Shown: positions 13,536 through 26,427 of the stretch, piece by piece
Layout: each line of letters opens with the position of its first letter
Position numbering within the stretch: the first letter of the stretch is position 1
Origin: Felis catus
Lineage: Eukaryota
Assembly (NCBI RefSeq): GCF_018350175.1
Contig: NC_058373.1
Coordinates: forward strand, 108,378,001-108,442,000
DNA length: 64,000 nt
Direction: 5' to 3'
Made by a program: the position numbers and the translations under genes
Notes under the pieces: generated by a model
What the model was told of the DNA's origin: nothing
Databases searched by the model: none
What the model saw: only the letters and a program-made list of their open reading frames with translations

Positions 13536-14649
13536 AATCCCAGAATTCTAAGGTGAACAAGCTTAGGCTCAAGCCAGGGATGATGACCATGCTTGAGAAC
13601 ATCATAAAAACAATTTCAAAGTCATGCTGCCTTTTACAGGGATGAATGAAATTGAAATTATATCTCTGAAAAGAGTATTTTTAGGTTGATAGATACTCAA
13701 AGATGGTCGGGTTGTATAAGTGAGTAGAGTTTAAGATTTACGTCAGTCTTTCCTCATGTTTTTAATGAGATTCCTCATGTTTCTCAGACTGATGCCAAGG
13801 GAGTTTATTCTTGAGAAATTATAACTTTATTTTTAAATGATTTCTATTGTCATTGCTCAGTTAACTCTGAACCCCCCCCTTACCATTTTGTTAAATAAGC
13901 TTTCAGCTTCCTCTCATCTTATTTCTAGCTCTTGTGAGTCAAATGGCTGCAACTGGTTAGCCTTTTTTTAACCTCTTCAACAACGGTGGAATGAAATTTA
14001 AAAACATCTAGTGACTGTGTGACATGCAGAGACTTCCCTATTTATGTCACTGTATGATCTATCTTCTTCTTGAACCATTGTTTGAAAATCAGCAGATGGG
14101 GCTATCCAGTGGGATGTGAGAGATATGTCTAACTTTAAGGAAGTTTTCAATATAAACTATGTGACCGAACTTCATAGCCATCTGATTTCCAATTTAGTAA
14201 TTACTGGAATAATTAGATGAGTTACTTTGCAGATGGCACTTAAGTTTCCTGACATATGTGCCCTTGTCATCTATAGCAGATGATACATGTAATGCTTGTT
14301 CTTCACTATAGCATTTGTATATATGGGATGCAAAATGACTTCAAGCTTCCCTGCCAAAGTCTCTAATTTTGTTTAGATCCAAATGTAGCATCAAGCCCTC
14401 CTTGGCTTATATTGATATAGCTGTTGGCTTGCTGTGTTCAGTGTTACACATTGAGGGTAGAACTGTGCTGACTCCAGTTCTCATAACCTATAATATTGAA
14501 ACTTTATTTTTAATTCTACATATCGAAGAATAAAATTACAGAATGTTTAAACATGAAGAAAGTCACTTTCAAACCAAATCAAATAAAATTATTATAATTT
14601 TTTTCATATTTCCTTCCAGTCTTCATTAAAATGATATATTTGCAATTTA

Positions 14650-15200
14650 AACTTTTTGAGATAAAATCCATATTCCATAAAATTCACACCCTTTTAAGGT
14701 GGAGGATTCAGTAGTTTTTAGTATATTCACAAAGTTGCACAATCATTATCACCATCCAATTACAGAATAATTTCATTATCTCAAAAAGAAAACCCCTACC
14801 CATTTGTAGTCACCCCTCAATTCTCCCTCACCTCACCTCCTGGTCACAGCTAATATACTTCCTTCTGTCTCTGTGGATTTACCTATTCTGGACATTTCAT
14901 TTAATGGACTCATACAATATGTGGTCTTTTGTATCTGACTTCTTTCAATTAGCATAATGTTTTCAGTGTTCATCTATGTTGCAGCATGTATCAAAAGTTC
15001 ATTTTTTATTGTAGAATATTTAATTGTATGGCTCTATCACATTTTGTGTATTTATCAGTTGATGGACATTTGGGCCATTTCTACTTTTTGGCTATTATGA
15101 ATAATGTTATTAACATTCATGAATATGTTTTTGTGTGAGCATATATTTTCAATTCTCTTGGTTATATACCTAGAAGTGGAATTGCTAGATTATGATTAGA
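14650..15200 (-). mobile_element. L1MB-like 3' fragment
   Basis: Antisense L1 3' motifs (cctattctggacatttcat...gatggacatttgg...tatacctagaagtggaattgct). Confidence 0.8.
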
Positions 15201-16060
15201 ATTTTAAACCACTTTTTAAAAGGACAGTTTGTGTGCAACTCTGGTGAAGCAACTCTTACAAGACTGGGGTCGCTGCCAACTTCTTAGCTATTGCTATGAT
15301 TCCCTACTTATGTAGAAAGCACATAAGCTAACCTACAGTTTAACATAGCATTTGGCTAGCAGCCCCTCATGCACCTGTTCAGCCTTCCCACTGATCACCC
15401 ATAAACACATAGAAAAAGTGAAATTAGAATTGCTAGATTCTGGGAGGAGCATGAACTCTGTTGAAATAACCAAATTTGCCAAACTAAGCTTTCTCTCTGC
15501 TTTAGCTACATTTGTGCTTATTCCTAGTTTTCTCCACCATTCAACTTGAAAGGAGGGAAAAAGACAGTTTCTTCCCCTCATCTGCCACTGACTCAAATAT
15601 TCAGAGTTTACAGTAGTGAGTATAGTATAGTGGTTAAGAGCAAACTTTCACCTATTTACTTGAGTGAAAATGTGTAGCCTATATTTAGGAAGATCTATCA
15701 GAATGCAGGAGAAAAAAAACAAAGAGGAAGAAAACATTAAAGTTGGTAGCCAAAGAAATACCCAGTTTAATATAGAAACAAGAACAGTCGGAACAGAAGA
15801 AATTACCAAAGACATAATTGAAGAAAACTCTCCTAAGCTTTACAAAAGCCATAGATATTTTGGTGGAAAAGCTGGTTCCAGGAAAAAAAAAATCAACAGA
15901 AGATATACACAAAAAAGCATATTCTGGTAAAATTTTTGCGTTAAAAGTTTCTAGAAACTTTTCGGCCAAAACATTCTGTTGCTCATACAAAAAGTAACAA
16001 AAAGTAAGCTGCAGCATCATACTTACTCGTAAACATTAAAGATTAAAAGATAATGGAGCA

Positions 16061-16290
16061 GGGGCGCCTGGGTGGCTCAGTTGGTTAAGCGTCTGACTTC
16101 GGCTCAGGTCATGATCTCACAGTCTGCAAGTTTGAGCCCCACGTCGGGCTCTGTGCTGACAGCTCGGAGCCTGGAGCCTGCTTCAGATTCTGTGTCCCCC
16201 TCTCTCTCTGCCCCTCCCCCACTCATGCTCTGTCTCTCTCTCTCTCTCTCTGTCTCTCTCTCAAAAATAAATAAACATTAAAAAAATTTA
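16061..16290 (+). mobile_element. Can-SINE (SINEC_Fc-type)
   Basis: Full-length; perfect TSD aaaagataatggagca (16045-16060 / 16291-16306). Confidence 0.97.
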
Positions 16291-17607
16291 AAAAGATAAT
16301 GGAGCAATGTCTAAACAGTTTTTAGGAAAAAAAATACTGACACCTACCTTAGAATTTTCATAGTTAGCTCATTGCCACAAGTATTATTACTAACAAAAAT
16401 ATTTTCATCTCCAAAAAACCGTTATTTTGAAGAACACAAGAGTGTTATTCCCCCTTCTTTTGCATCTTTGGAGATTATATTGAATAATCTCTTCATGTTT
16501 TTTCCATTTTGGAATATGTGAGTGTTTTTATATTAAATGCATTAATATCAGCATGTGAAATAGTATTTCAGTGGTGGTAAAAATAGTTAAGAAAAAATTT
16601 GTAAGAAAAATCCAAAATGCTGGCAGTGATGAGTGGTAAGATTCAAAATGACCATTTTTTACATCTCCCATTATTATCAACATTTTCTACTACATGAATG
16701 AATTGTTTTTTCTTTAACATCTCTAAAAATAATAGAAATTTTATCCAATAAAAATATTTTATGAACCAAGAAGGTAAAATCAATACAGACAATTTAGTAT
16801 TTTCCCAGTAGTCAAAATGACTGGAAGGAAGTACAGAAAATCTTAACAATGGTTTTCTTAATTTTTTCTGTATTTTGCAGATTTTATGTAATGAACCTCA
16901 TGTTGCTTTCTAATGGAAAAATATACCTTTTTCAAAAATAAAGATTTAGTTTTATTAATGAATGACTTTGGGTACAAGTGTTTCTGCTTATGAATGATAG
17001 ATGAACTCTCTTTTTTCCTAAGGCTGAATGTTATGTAAATCATGTTCTGTGTTTAGTGGTACTGACCCACTTGAGGTATATCTTTACTTTCCAGAAGTTT
17101 TTATTGATAGGTATATTCATCAATGTACTGAACACAGATGAGTTCAACATTTATTCACGTATTAAATATTTATTGAGTACCTAACCTATGTTAGCTGCTG
17201 AGAGTGCAATGAGAAATTAAAGCATAGCCCTTATTCTTATGAAGTTATGTCTTACTTGAAAACTGTTGAAAAGCTTTTAGGGGTGCAGTGGGTGGGAACA
17301 CACAGTAGAAGCATCTAGCCTGGTTAAGAGGAACAAGAAAGGATTTCAGAAGAAGTGCAGTATCAGAATTAGCCAGAAGAGAGATAAGCATTTGTCCCAC
17401 ACAGTTGAAATAACCTATCCAAAGGTCTGAAGGTGAGCTAGGTTTGGGAGACCAGATATAGATGAATACACTGGCAATAAAAAGTTTGATGTTGGGGAGT
17501 GATGAGTGATAAAGGCTGAAATCAGTAGCTATGTCATAAATGGACTCATAAACCAAGGCAATAAATTCAAATTTTGTGCTTTGGGTAATGGGAAGCCATT
17601 GGAGGGT

Positions 17608-18055
17608 ATATTAGTTTCCTGGCAGTCCCATGACATATTACCAGAAAATTTATGGCTTAAAACAACAGCAATTTATGATCTCTAAGTTTTTGATGCCAGA
17701 AGTCCAAAATCAAGATGTCAGCAGGGTTGGTTTCTCTGGAATCTCTGGGGGAGAATCTGTTCCCTGACTCTGCCCTAGCCTCTGATAGCTGTTGGAAACC
17801 TTGGTATTGCTAATCTAGAGGTTTCATGACTCCAGTCTCTGCCCCTGTGTTCACATGGCTTTCTTCCCTCTGTCTTTTCCTAGTCAGTCTTTTGTAGGGA
17901 CACTTACATTGAATTCACAGCCTACCCTTATCCAGCATGATCTCATCTCAAGATCCTATACTAATTACATCTGCAAAGACCTTTATTTCAAATTAGGTCA
18001 CATTCTGAAATTTGAGGTGGATGTATCTTTTGGGGGCCACAATTTAACCAACTAT
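17608..18055 (-). mobile_element. MLT1 solo LTR inserted in an L2 remnant
   Basis: tattagtttcct...ggcttaaaacaacag...ccagaagtccaaaatcaag...attacatctgcaaagacc; L2-like flanks on both sides. Confidence 0.8.
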
Positions 18056-18329
18056 AGAAGGTTTTAGGAGGGCAGGTGAAGAAATTAGACTTACATTTCA
18101 GGAGGATTTCCCTGGCTACTGTGTGAAGGGATTTGAGAGGGTAATTCTTGGTCCATGGAGATCAATGGGGGACTGTGTAAAGGATGCAAGTGGTTTCAGA
18201 GGAAAGAAAGTGGAGAACAGTACAAGAAATACTCAGAAGATGGTTGTAGAGGGGAAAAGCGAGAGGGCTGTGGTTGAGGAGCCCATGGTGAAGAGAGGTT
18301 TTTAAAGGTTGGGAGATACTTGATGCACT

Positions 18330-18530
18330 AAAAAAAATGTTTATCTTATTTTTGAGAGAGAGAGAGCATAGGTGCATGTGAGCAGGGGAGGGGCAGAGAC
18401 CTAGAATCCCAAGCAGGCTCCACACTCTCAGCACAGAGCCTGATGTAGGGCTCAAACTCACAAACAGTGAGATCATGACCTGAGCCGAAATCAAGAATAG
18501 GATGCTTAACTGACTAAGCCACTCAGGCGC
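18330..18530 (-). mobile_element. Can-SINE
   Basis: Antisense SINEC, TSD ttgatgca. Confidence 0.9.
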
Positions 18531-18718
18531 ATTGATGCATTTTTAATGCAGGTGAGAAAGATGCTGTATATACAAGGGGAAGTAGCTGAAAATACAGAAG
18601 CGAGGGGCAAAAATATAGGGATTATTGTTTTGACGAAAGGGAGAGAGATGGGGTCCAGAGAACAGACTGCATACAAAGCAATACATGCATTCCATATTTG
18701 ACTGCTCCTAGATATATT

Positions 18719-19289
18719 TTTTAAATTAAAGTTTAGTTAATGCAAATGTTACATTAGTTTCAGGTGTACAGCATAGAGATTCGACAAGTTTATACATTAT
18801 GTCATACTCACCACAAGTGTAGCTACCATCTGTCACCATACAATGCTATTATAATACCACTGAATATATTCCTTAGCCTGTACCTTTCATCCCCATGATT
18901 TATACACTCCATAGCTGGAAACCTGTATCCCTCTCTGCCTTTCACACATTTTGCCCAGCCCCTCCCATCTGGTACCCATCAATCCTTTGTATTTATGAGT
19001 TTGTTTCTGCTTTTTTTTTTTGTAGATTCCATACCTAAGTGAAATCATATGGTATTTGTCTTTCTCAGTCTGTCTTACTTTACTTAGCATACTACCCTCT
19101 AGGTCCCTCCATGTTGTTCTAAATGACAGGGCCTCATTCTTTTTTATGGCTGAGTAATGTTCCATTGTGTATGTACACCATATTCTCTTTATCCATTTAT
19201 GTATTGATGGGCAGTTAGGTTGCTTCCATATCTTGGCTATTGTAAATAATGCTGCAATAAGCATAGAGGTGCATATCTCTTTTCAAATC
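18719..19289 (-). mobile_element. 5'-truncated carnivore L1 (ORF2 C-terminus + 3'UTR)
   Basis: ORF 18887-19264 IAALFTIAKIWKQPNCPS is the L1 ORF2 end; 18-bp TSD actgctcctagatatatt. Confidence 0.95.
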
Positions 19290-19359
19290 ACTGCTCCTAG
19301 ATATATTAACAGCTCTGTAAAGATGAAAGTGGTGATGTTGGGGCAGATGGTTGCTCCTG

Positions 19360-19570
19360 TTTGAGAACTCACTACGTGTCAGGTGCCACGCTGATTATTT
19401 TCCGTGGGTTACCACATTTAATCCTTGATATAGCTGTCTTTATTATCTCCTTTTATTGCTTAGGAAACTGAAGCACAGAGAGGTTAAATAATTTGCCCAA
19501 GGCCACTTGTGGTAGAGTGTGATTTCCTCACAGGCAGCGTAACTACAGAACCCACACCACTAAGCACTAC
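19360..19570 (-). mobile_element. MIR SINE
   Basis: ggaaactgaagcacagagaggttaaataatttgcccaagg core. Confidence 0.75.
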
Positions 19571-20829
19571 TACCTATGCTGCCTCTGAAGAGAGGGGAGA
19601 CGATGAATATGCACATACTTTCCTCATGTTATGTGCTGGCTTTGATTGCAGACACTATCATTTTGCAGACTACCAAGCTATTATCTCGCCTGCCATTTTT
19701 TGTTTTGTTCTTTCATCGGCTTGCCACTAGGTTAGTTCAGTGAGGCAGTACCACTTATTTTCTTGATCTTTTCATGGCATCGGACCTAGTTTGAATCATC
19801 CTTTCTGTGTTTGTCTGGATGGTAGGGTGAGGTAAATATCATCCCTTCATATTATTAGTCTACAGATTAAACCTGCCCAGGGATTAAAGCTGCTTTTAGG
19901 AGACTCATTTTCATAAGCTTTCACAGATACCCAACTCCCTTGAATAACTCTTATTGACACCTGCTCTGTAATTAATTCCTTAATACCAGTTGATTTCTGG
20001 ATTTCTTTACCGAGAGAAGTCTTGGCTCAAATGTCATTTCTTTAGAGGAGTCTTTCCTCAATCCTGAATTAGTTCTGGTCTCCCTGCTATATGCACCCCA
20101 GAGCTGAACTCAAAGGTTGGGATTCTTTAAGGTATACTAGGTAGCACTTAACCAAAGTTAAGTAACACTCAGGATATTTTGATGAGGAGGAGGAGAAGGC
20201 AGAAGATGGAATTTAAGTTTTTAGAATTCTAAAATATTAGTAGTCAAAATATACTTCTAATTTCTTACATGGATGGCATGGATGAGGAATTTTCTTGTCA
20301 CCATTGATGATGATAATCATCATATTACATAGTTGGATTTGTAAAAATATATCCAGGAAATGACTTTTTCTCCAGTTGCGAATATTGATAAGTGCAGATG
20401 TCTGGAAGTTTGTCTCAAGTGATTATTTTTTAAGCTTTAGGCAGCTGTGTTTTTAAGGGACTTGCTTTTATAACACTGATCAACCATTTCCAACTCAACC
20501 CATTTGACAGATGTCTCTCTTACAGTTTGTGTTTTGAAACTGAATATTAGTCTGAGGATAGGAACAAGAGGAGTTCTATTCCAGATGGAAGAGAGCACAT
20601 GTGCAAAAGTATACAGGTCTGTCATCCGAAGAGCCAGCCTAGCAGGATGTACCAGACAACAGTCTTTTCCCTTTCTCTGTACACAGTCCTGGGGATGCCA
20701 GCAAGTGTGAAAACTTGTAGAGTATTTGCCACTCTAATTAACAAACATAAACCTTAATCAGTTGATAGAACTAAAAGTTGGTTTACTTTAATAGTGATGA
20801 TTTTTTTTTCTTTTGTGTTCTTTTGCCAG

Positions 20830-21006
20830 TTCCTCCTGAAGCCATTGGCTTCTTATCTGCAGTTGGTGTCTTTATTGTTCTTCTGGTTGTCCTCTTCCTC
20901 TTCATCAATAAGAAGATATATTTAGAAAAAATAGGACTTCCGTGCCTGGAACAACGAGGGAAAAGGAAGCACTCTAAAGACAAGATTGGGATCCGTGAGG
21001 GACTGG
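20830..21006 (+). CDS. SYT16: SYT16 transmembrane-anchor exon (SYT14-like N-terminal TM segment), internal coding exon, phase 1-1
   Basis: Polypyrimidine tract + CAG acceptor (AG 20828-20829) and donor G|GTAAGG at 21006/21007. The 177 nt are open and translate (x)PPEAIGFLSAVGVFIVLLVVLFLFINKKIYLEKIGLPCLEQRGKRKHSKDKIGIREGL, closely resembling SYT14 SPEAVGFLSAVGVFIILMLLLFLYINKK. It lies on the same strand upstream of the SYT16 ATG exon. Confidence 0.85.
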
Positions 21007-21968
21007 GTAAGGATGATGTTTCACATTCTCTCGAGCTTGACGACTTGCTGTGGTTTGGGTCGGTGGGGGGAATGTCACTGTTTCCAGGATAGGCCCCATT
21101 AAGAAATCACATGTGAGCTGTTTGGCCACTGCTGTGGTAGACATGATGAATGGATATTACTAAAAAAATACATTAGTCTTATGAAAGTAATGCCCTCCTT
21201 CGTGTTTGAAGAGTAGATGGGAAAAGGCTGACCACCACTTCCTGTCATCTTAGCTTTTTAGATGTTTGTGTTGAGTTTCCCTCTGACTAATGCTTGACCA
21301 AAAAATAGTTTTTCACTGACAAGAGCCTTGATATGTTTTAGTCTCATTATATTGGAACAGTGTTGACCTTTCAGTTCAGTTGGATGTTTTTGACTTTTGT
21401 TGCTCAGTACCATTTCCCACCCCATATGGCAACACTTTTCCAAAGGTGGTTTTTACTCCTTAAGCTCACCGAATCTAGTACATCATTTACTAACAGCCTT
21501 CAATTTGTTGGAGGAAAATAACATACTTAAAGAAATAATTGGCTTCCTGTTCTTAAAGGACATATTTTATTTTCAATTGCTGAAGTGTAGAACTTTGTGG
21601 TACAGGAGGTTACCACAGAGTGACGGTTATCATCACACAGGAGCCAGACATTTAAAGATAATGCTCTTATCTTACAGGTAACAACTTTGCTCTCTCTCTC
21701 CCTCTTTCTTTTTTTTCTTTTTTCTTTTTTTGTAAATCAGTCTAATTTTCACTTCCTCCCATGACCCATATGGGGCATGATGTCACTGAGGGAGGAACAA
21801 TCTCATTTTTTTGAGCAGGGACAAGGCCTTGAGAAACACACAGTCCTACCTCCTGGGCATGTGTGAAGGGAGCGTGGACCAAGGAATATACTCAACTTAT
21901 TGATATGGCAGCTTTTGCAGCCGTGGTTCAGCCTTATTGGTCTAAGAAAAGGCATATTCAGAGATAAA

Positions 21969-22470
21969 TGTGTATTAACTATCTACTGCTTCATAATAAA
22001 TATCCCAAAGTATGAGCACCTAAAACAATAAATATTTATTATTATGCAGTTTCTGAAGTTCACAAATTTGAGATTGGTTTAGTGGATAGTTATAGATCAG
22101 GGTCTCTCATGAGGCTGCTGTTAGAATGTCAGCTGCGGTCATGTAAAGGCGTGACTAAGGCTGATGGACTCGCTTCCAGGATGGCAGGAGGGCCCAGTTT
22201 CTATCCACATGAAACCCTCCATAGGGCAATTGGACTATATTTATGACATGGCAGCTGGCTTCCCTGAGTAGGAGATCCAAGAGAAGGGAGCAAGAAAGAA
22301 GCTCAGTTCCTTTTAGGACTGAGTCTGGGAAGTCCTACATTGTCACTTCCACCATATGCTAGTGATTTACTACTTTGTGCTTAGAGTCTGCACTCAAGGG
22401 AAGGGAAATTATGCTCCACTTTTGAAGGGAAGAGTATCAAAGAGTGTGTGCACGTATTTTTATAATCATA
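21969..22470 (-). mobile_element. MLT1-type LTR (old subfamily)
   Basis: tgtattaactatctactgct...taaaacaataaatatttattat...catggcagctggcttccc. Confidence 0.65.
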
Positions 22471-22799
22471 GGAGATAACGTCGGGGGTGTAAATTGCAGA
22501 TCTGGAAATCTGTTTGGCATTGCTGCTGTTGTAGCCTTATTTTTTGAATACCACTTGGGACATCTGACTCATCTTCTGAAAATAGAATGAAATATTTTAA
22601 ATAGAGTTTGTCAGGTGAAATCTGGGACTTACAAATGGTTTAACCATTACTATCCCAGCCAGGGCATAGACGTATAAGATAAATAGACTTCTACTTGGTC
22701 ATGGGGTGGTATGGAGGTAAGATTCATAGTGATTCCACCTTTCCCCTTAAACAGCTGGTGGCCACTAGTTGTGTGACCTGGCGAATTATGGAGCCATTC

Positions 22800-23233
22800 T
22801 TTTTTTTTTTTTCTTTTCAAATTTATTTTATTTTTAAATGCTTATTTACTTTGAGAGAGAAAGAGAAAGAAAAAAAGAATGAGCTGGGGAGGGGTGGGGG
22901 GCGGGTAGAGGGTGTGAAGCGGGCTCTATGCTGACAGCAGAGAGCCCAATGTGGGGCTCAAATTCACAAACCATGAGACCATGACCTGAGCCAATGTCGG
23001 AAGTTCAACTGATTCACCCACCCAGGTGCCCCAAACTTATTTCTTTTGAGAGAAAGAGAGAAAGCACGCATGCAAGCAGGGGAGGGGAAGAAAGAAAGAG
23101 AGAGAGAGAATCCAAGAAATCTCCCATCAGTGCAGATCCCGATAGGGGGCTCAGTCCCACCAACCAAGAGATCATGACCTGAGCTGAAATCCAGAGTTGG
23201 ACACTTAACCAACTGAGCCACCCACGTCACCCC
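22800..23233 (-). mobile_element. Two tandem/nested Can-SINEs
   Basis: Two antisense SINEC bodies; outer TSD ggagccattct/ggaaccattct. Confidence 0.9.
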
Positions 23234-23263
23234 TGGAACCATTCTAAACTTCAATTTCCTCAT

Positions 23264-23913
23264 ACAGTGTGGAGGTTCCTCAAAAAATTAAAAATAGACC
23301 TACCCTATCAGCCAGCAATAGCACTGCTAGGAATTTACCCAAGGGATACAGGAGTACTGATGCATAGGGGCACTTGTACCCCAATGTTTATAGCAGCACT
23401 CTCAACAATAGCCAAATTACGGAAAGAGCCGAAATGTCCATCAACTGATGAATGGATAAAAAATTGTGGTTTATACACACAATGGAGTACTATGTGGCAA
23501 TGAGAAAGAATGAAATACGGCCCTTTGTAGCAACATGGATGGAACTGGAGAGTGTGATGCTAAGTGAAATAAGCCATACAGAGAAAGACAGATACCATAT
23601 GGTTTCACTCTTATGTGGATTCTGAGAAACTTAACAGGAACCCATGGGGGAGGGGAAGGAAAAAAAAAAGAGGTTAGAGTGGAAGAGAGCCAAGGCGTAA
23701 GAGACTCTTAAAAACTGAGAACAAACTGAGGGTTGATGGGGGGTGGGAGGGAGGGGAGGGTGTGTGATGGGTATTGAGGAGGGCACCTTTTGGGGTGAGC
23801 ACTGGGTGTTGTATGGAAACCAATTTGACAATAAACTTCATATATTGAAAAAAAATTAAAAAAAATTGTTAGAGATTAGCACAATGTGAAAGCAAAAAAA
23901 AAAAAAAAACAAA
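23264..23913 (+). mobile_element. 5'-truncated felid L1 with short 3' transduction
   Basis: ORF2 C-terminus ([13 protein letters not shown]...), L1_Fc-type 3'UTR, TSD aaacttcaatttcctcat (23246-23263 / 23914-23931). Confidence 0.95.
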
Positions 23914-24930
23914 AAACTTCAATTTCCTCATCTCTATATTGGCATAGTCAATAAATGTTCTATAGGGTTGATCCAGATAAATGAATTACTTTTGTAAAGG
24001 TACCAGCATGGTGCCTATGGTGAAAGTCCTAGTAGAACCATAGCTGTGCAGTGTTAGCAAAATACGAATCACAGTAATGGCATCTAGGAATGACATCACC
24101 CACAAACACATCACATTCATCGCTTAAACTGGGAGATTAAAATTGGTGAGGTTTTCTCCTTTGCAAACTATAATGGGTACAAAGAACTAAGGTTAGAGCT
24201 ATTTAAGATTTTTGTCCTGTTTGACATGTTATCTGAGTATTTTAGAGACAATTATGAATTATACTTGCAAATAAGTTGAAGTTTGAAGATAATGTTGAAA
24301 CAATAACAATAAAGCATGAACTAGGAGCTGTCAGCTGAAGAAACGCTGAGAAATCCATGTCTCAAACTCAGAGTGGGTTCATAAAAAGGGAGCTTTAAAA
24401 ATAGTTTAATTAGGAGACTCTCCAAATTATGTCTAAGAACCATACACCTTCATTATGACATTTCTCCCTTTAAAAGTTTAATTATCAATAAAAAAGTCTA
24501 ATTATCACTGATCAAAAGTCTTTTTGAAAAATGTAGTTCTAGCCCAGATTTTATTTAGCATTGATATTTGCCTTAATTATCATCCTCAGAGCACTGCTTT
24601 CTCAGTGAAATTGGGATATTCTTAACATAATTTGACAAATGTAAAGAAGTAAGGAAGGCAGCCTGATGTGGTGGAAAGATGCACAGTAAAGGCAGCCAGA
24701 GCTTAGTTTCGTCCTAATTAGCTGTGATATTTTGGGAATCTCGCTTCACCTCTCTGGGCCTTAAATCTTCATTTTCAAATTGATGAGTCTGGACTAGGTT
24801 TCTCTCAATTTCTATTGTGCAGTCCTGACGGATTCTTAGGGTTACTATAGCAATTTCTTCTCTTGGTCTCAGTCTATGAATGGGTGAGACCTAATAAAAA
24901 TGATTAAAAATCAACTAGAGCATCCCACTC

Positions 24931-25012
24931 TTAGATTGAACCATATGAAATTGCCATTTTTACGGATCAAAAAATGGCTGAATATCTGCAACCTACTCAT
25001 TGTATTCTAATA
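24931..25012. mobile_element. MADE2-like mariner MITE (degenerate)
   Basis: ttagattgaaccatatgaaattgccattttt terminal inverted repeat. Confidence 0.7.
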
Positions 25013-25565
25013 TACATAAAGTTCTGAAAAATAAAATAATTATTTTCATTTGTGTGGTAATATCATGGAGGCAGGACTGACAATCTATTTTCTGAAACCA
25101 TCATGCACAATAACTTACCTGACAAAAATGCTTTCTTTTAGGCTATAAAGTTTTCAAATTTCAAAGAAATTTATACCTATGGTTCTATCTGGATTTAGGT
25201 ATCAGGAGAAAGAAACTGTTAACTGTTTCTTCCTAATAACACAGATAGTAGTAATAATTAGACAGTGATAATTAATAGCTATCATTTACTTAGCATTAAT
25301 ATTGCCATGCACCTGCTAAGTATGTTACATGCATTACTTTTCTTTATACAAAGAATGTGTGTTGTTTGGGGAAAGGGTGGATGCTAGTTGGAACAAAAGA
25401 GGCATTGTCCAGCTTTGAGGTAAAAACTTGATTAAAAATAAAATTCCAATACTGAGATAATAGTTTTTAAAGAAGCCCGGCCTTGCAAGAGAGAAAGGGA
25501 GAGAGGAATTTTGTTTTTTTGTTTCTTTATAGATCAAAGGCACCATTTAGAAGTTGGAGCAAAGA

Positions 25566-25728
25566 ACAAACAGAGAGTTACTGGAGGGGTTTTGGGAGGG
25601 GGAATGGGCTAAATGGGTAAGGGGCATTAAGGAATCTACTCCTGAAATCATTGTTGCACTATATGCTAACTAACTTGGATGTAAATTTAAAAAATAAAAT
25701 AAAAAATAAACAAACATTTAAAAAAAGA
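25566..25728 (+). mobile_element. Very short L1 3' end insertion
   Basis: L1 3'UTR + A tail; TSD aagttggagcaaaga. Confidence 0.85.
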
Positions 25729-26267
25729 AAGTTGGAGCAAAGAGCTTTAGTTTAAGAGGCACAATGTAAGAAGGGATAGAGGATATGCTATGTGGAGAGT
25801 TAGTCCCAGCTCATGGCTTGGAAAGATGGCAGGGAAAGAGAGACAGAGGGCTTGAGACATTGTATGGACCCTGAGAAGGGTGGTGGATGTGGGTGTTGGA
25901 GTACTTGAGGTGAGATTAGAATCCAACATGGCCTGAGGAGGAGGCAGAAAGCAGCGTGCCTTGTGTTTCCCATTTAGAACTGTGGTAGGAGACTGCCTCC
26001 CATGTGTCCCATGTGGGCCAAGGGCGGCTGCAACAGGTAAAGCATAGTGGTGGGACTGGAAGGAGAAAGAACTTAAGAAGACTCCCAGGTAGTTCCTCAA
26101 GTGAGCATTTCACAGCATGGGATTTAGAAATTTGTGCATGGCCCTGTGGGTAGGAGAAGATAGCAGAGGGATGAGAATCCATTAGCCTAGCAGGGAACTG
26201 TTGCAACTTGGGGTGAGGCAGGACTGTATTAGAGGCTGGGGGTGAGCTACCTGGAGCCTACTGCAAT

Positions 26268-26427
26268 CAGGGCCTGCTTCATGGGCATGCACCCATGCCT
26301 AGAAGGAATTCTGTGCTTGGTTTAATGCTCTGATATTGCCATTTAAAAATTCTTAATGATTTGTAAGCCAAGGTTTTTGTGTTCTCACTTTGCATTGGGT
26401 CTTACAAATTTTTTAGTTCATGTTGCC
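26268..26427 (+). mobile_element. MER91A-like hAT MITE
   Basis: cagggcctgcttcatgggcatgc...gcttggtttaatgctctg...aaattcttaat. Confidence 0.65.

Noticed and set aside
16061..16140. tRNA gene-like A/B boxes
   Set aside because: tRNA-derived head of a Can-SINE, not a tRNA gene.
20778..21092. 104-aa ORF as a standalone gene
   Set aside because: It has a non-ATG start, its ends run through a polypyrimidine tract and a donor site, and only 20830-21006 looks coding.
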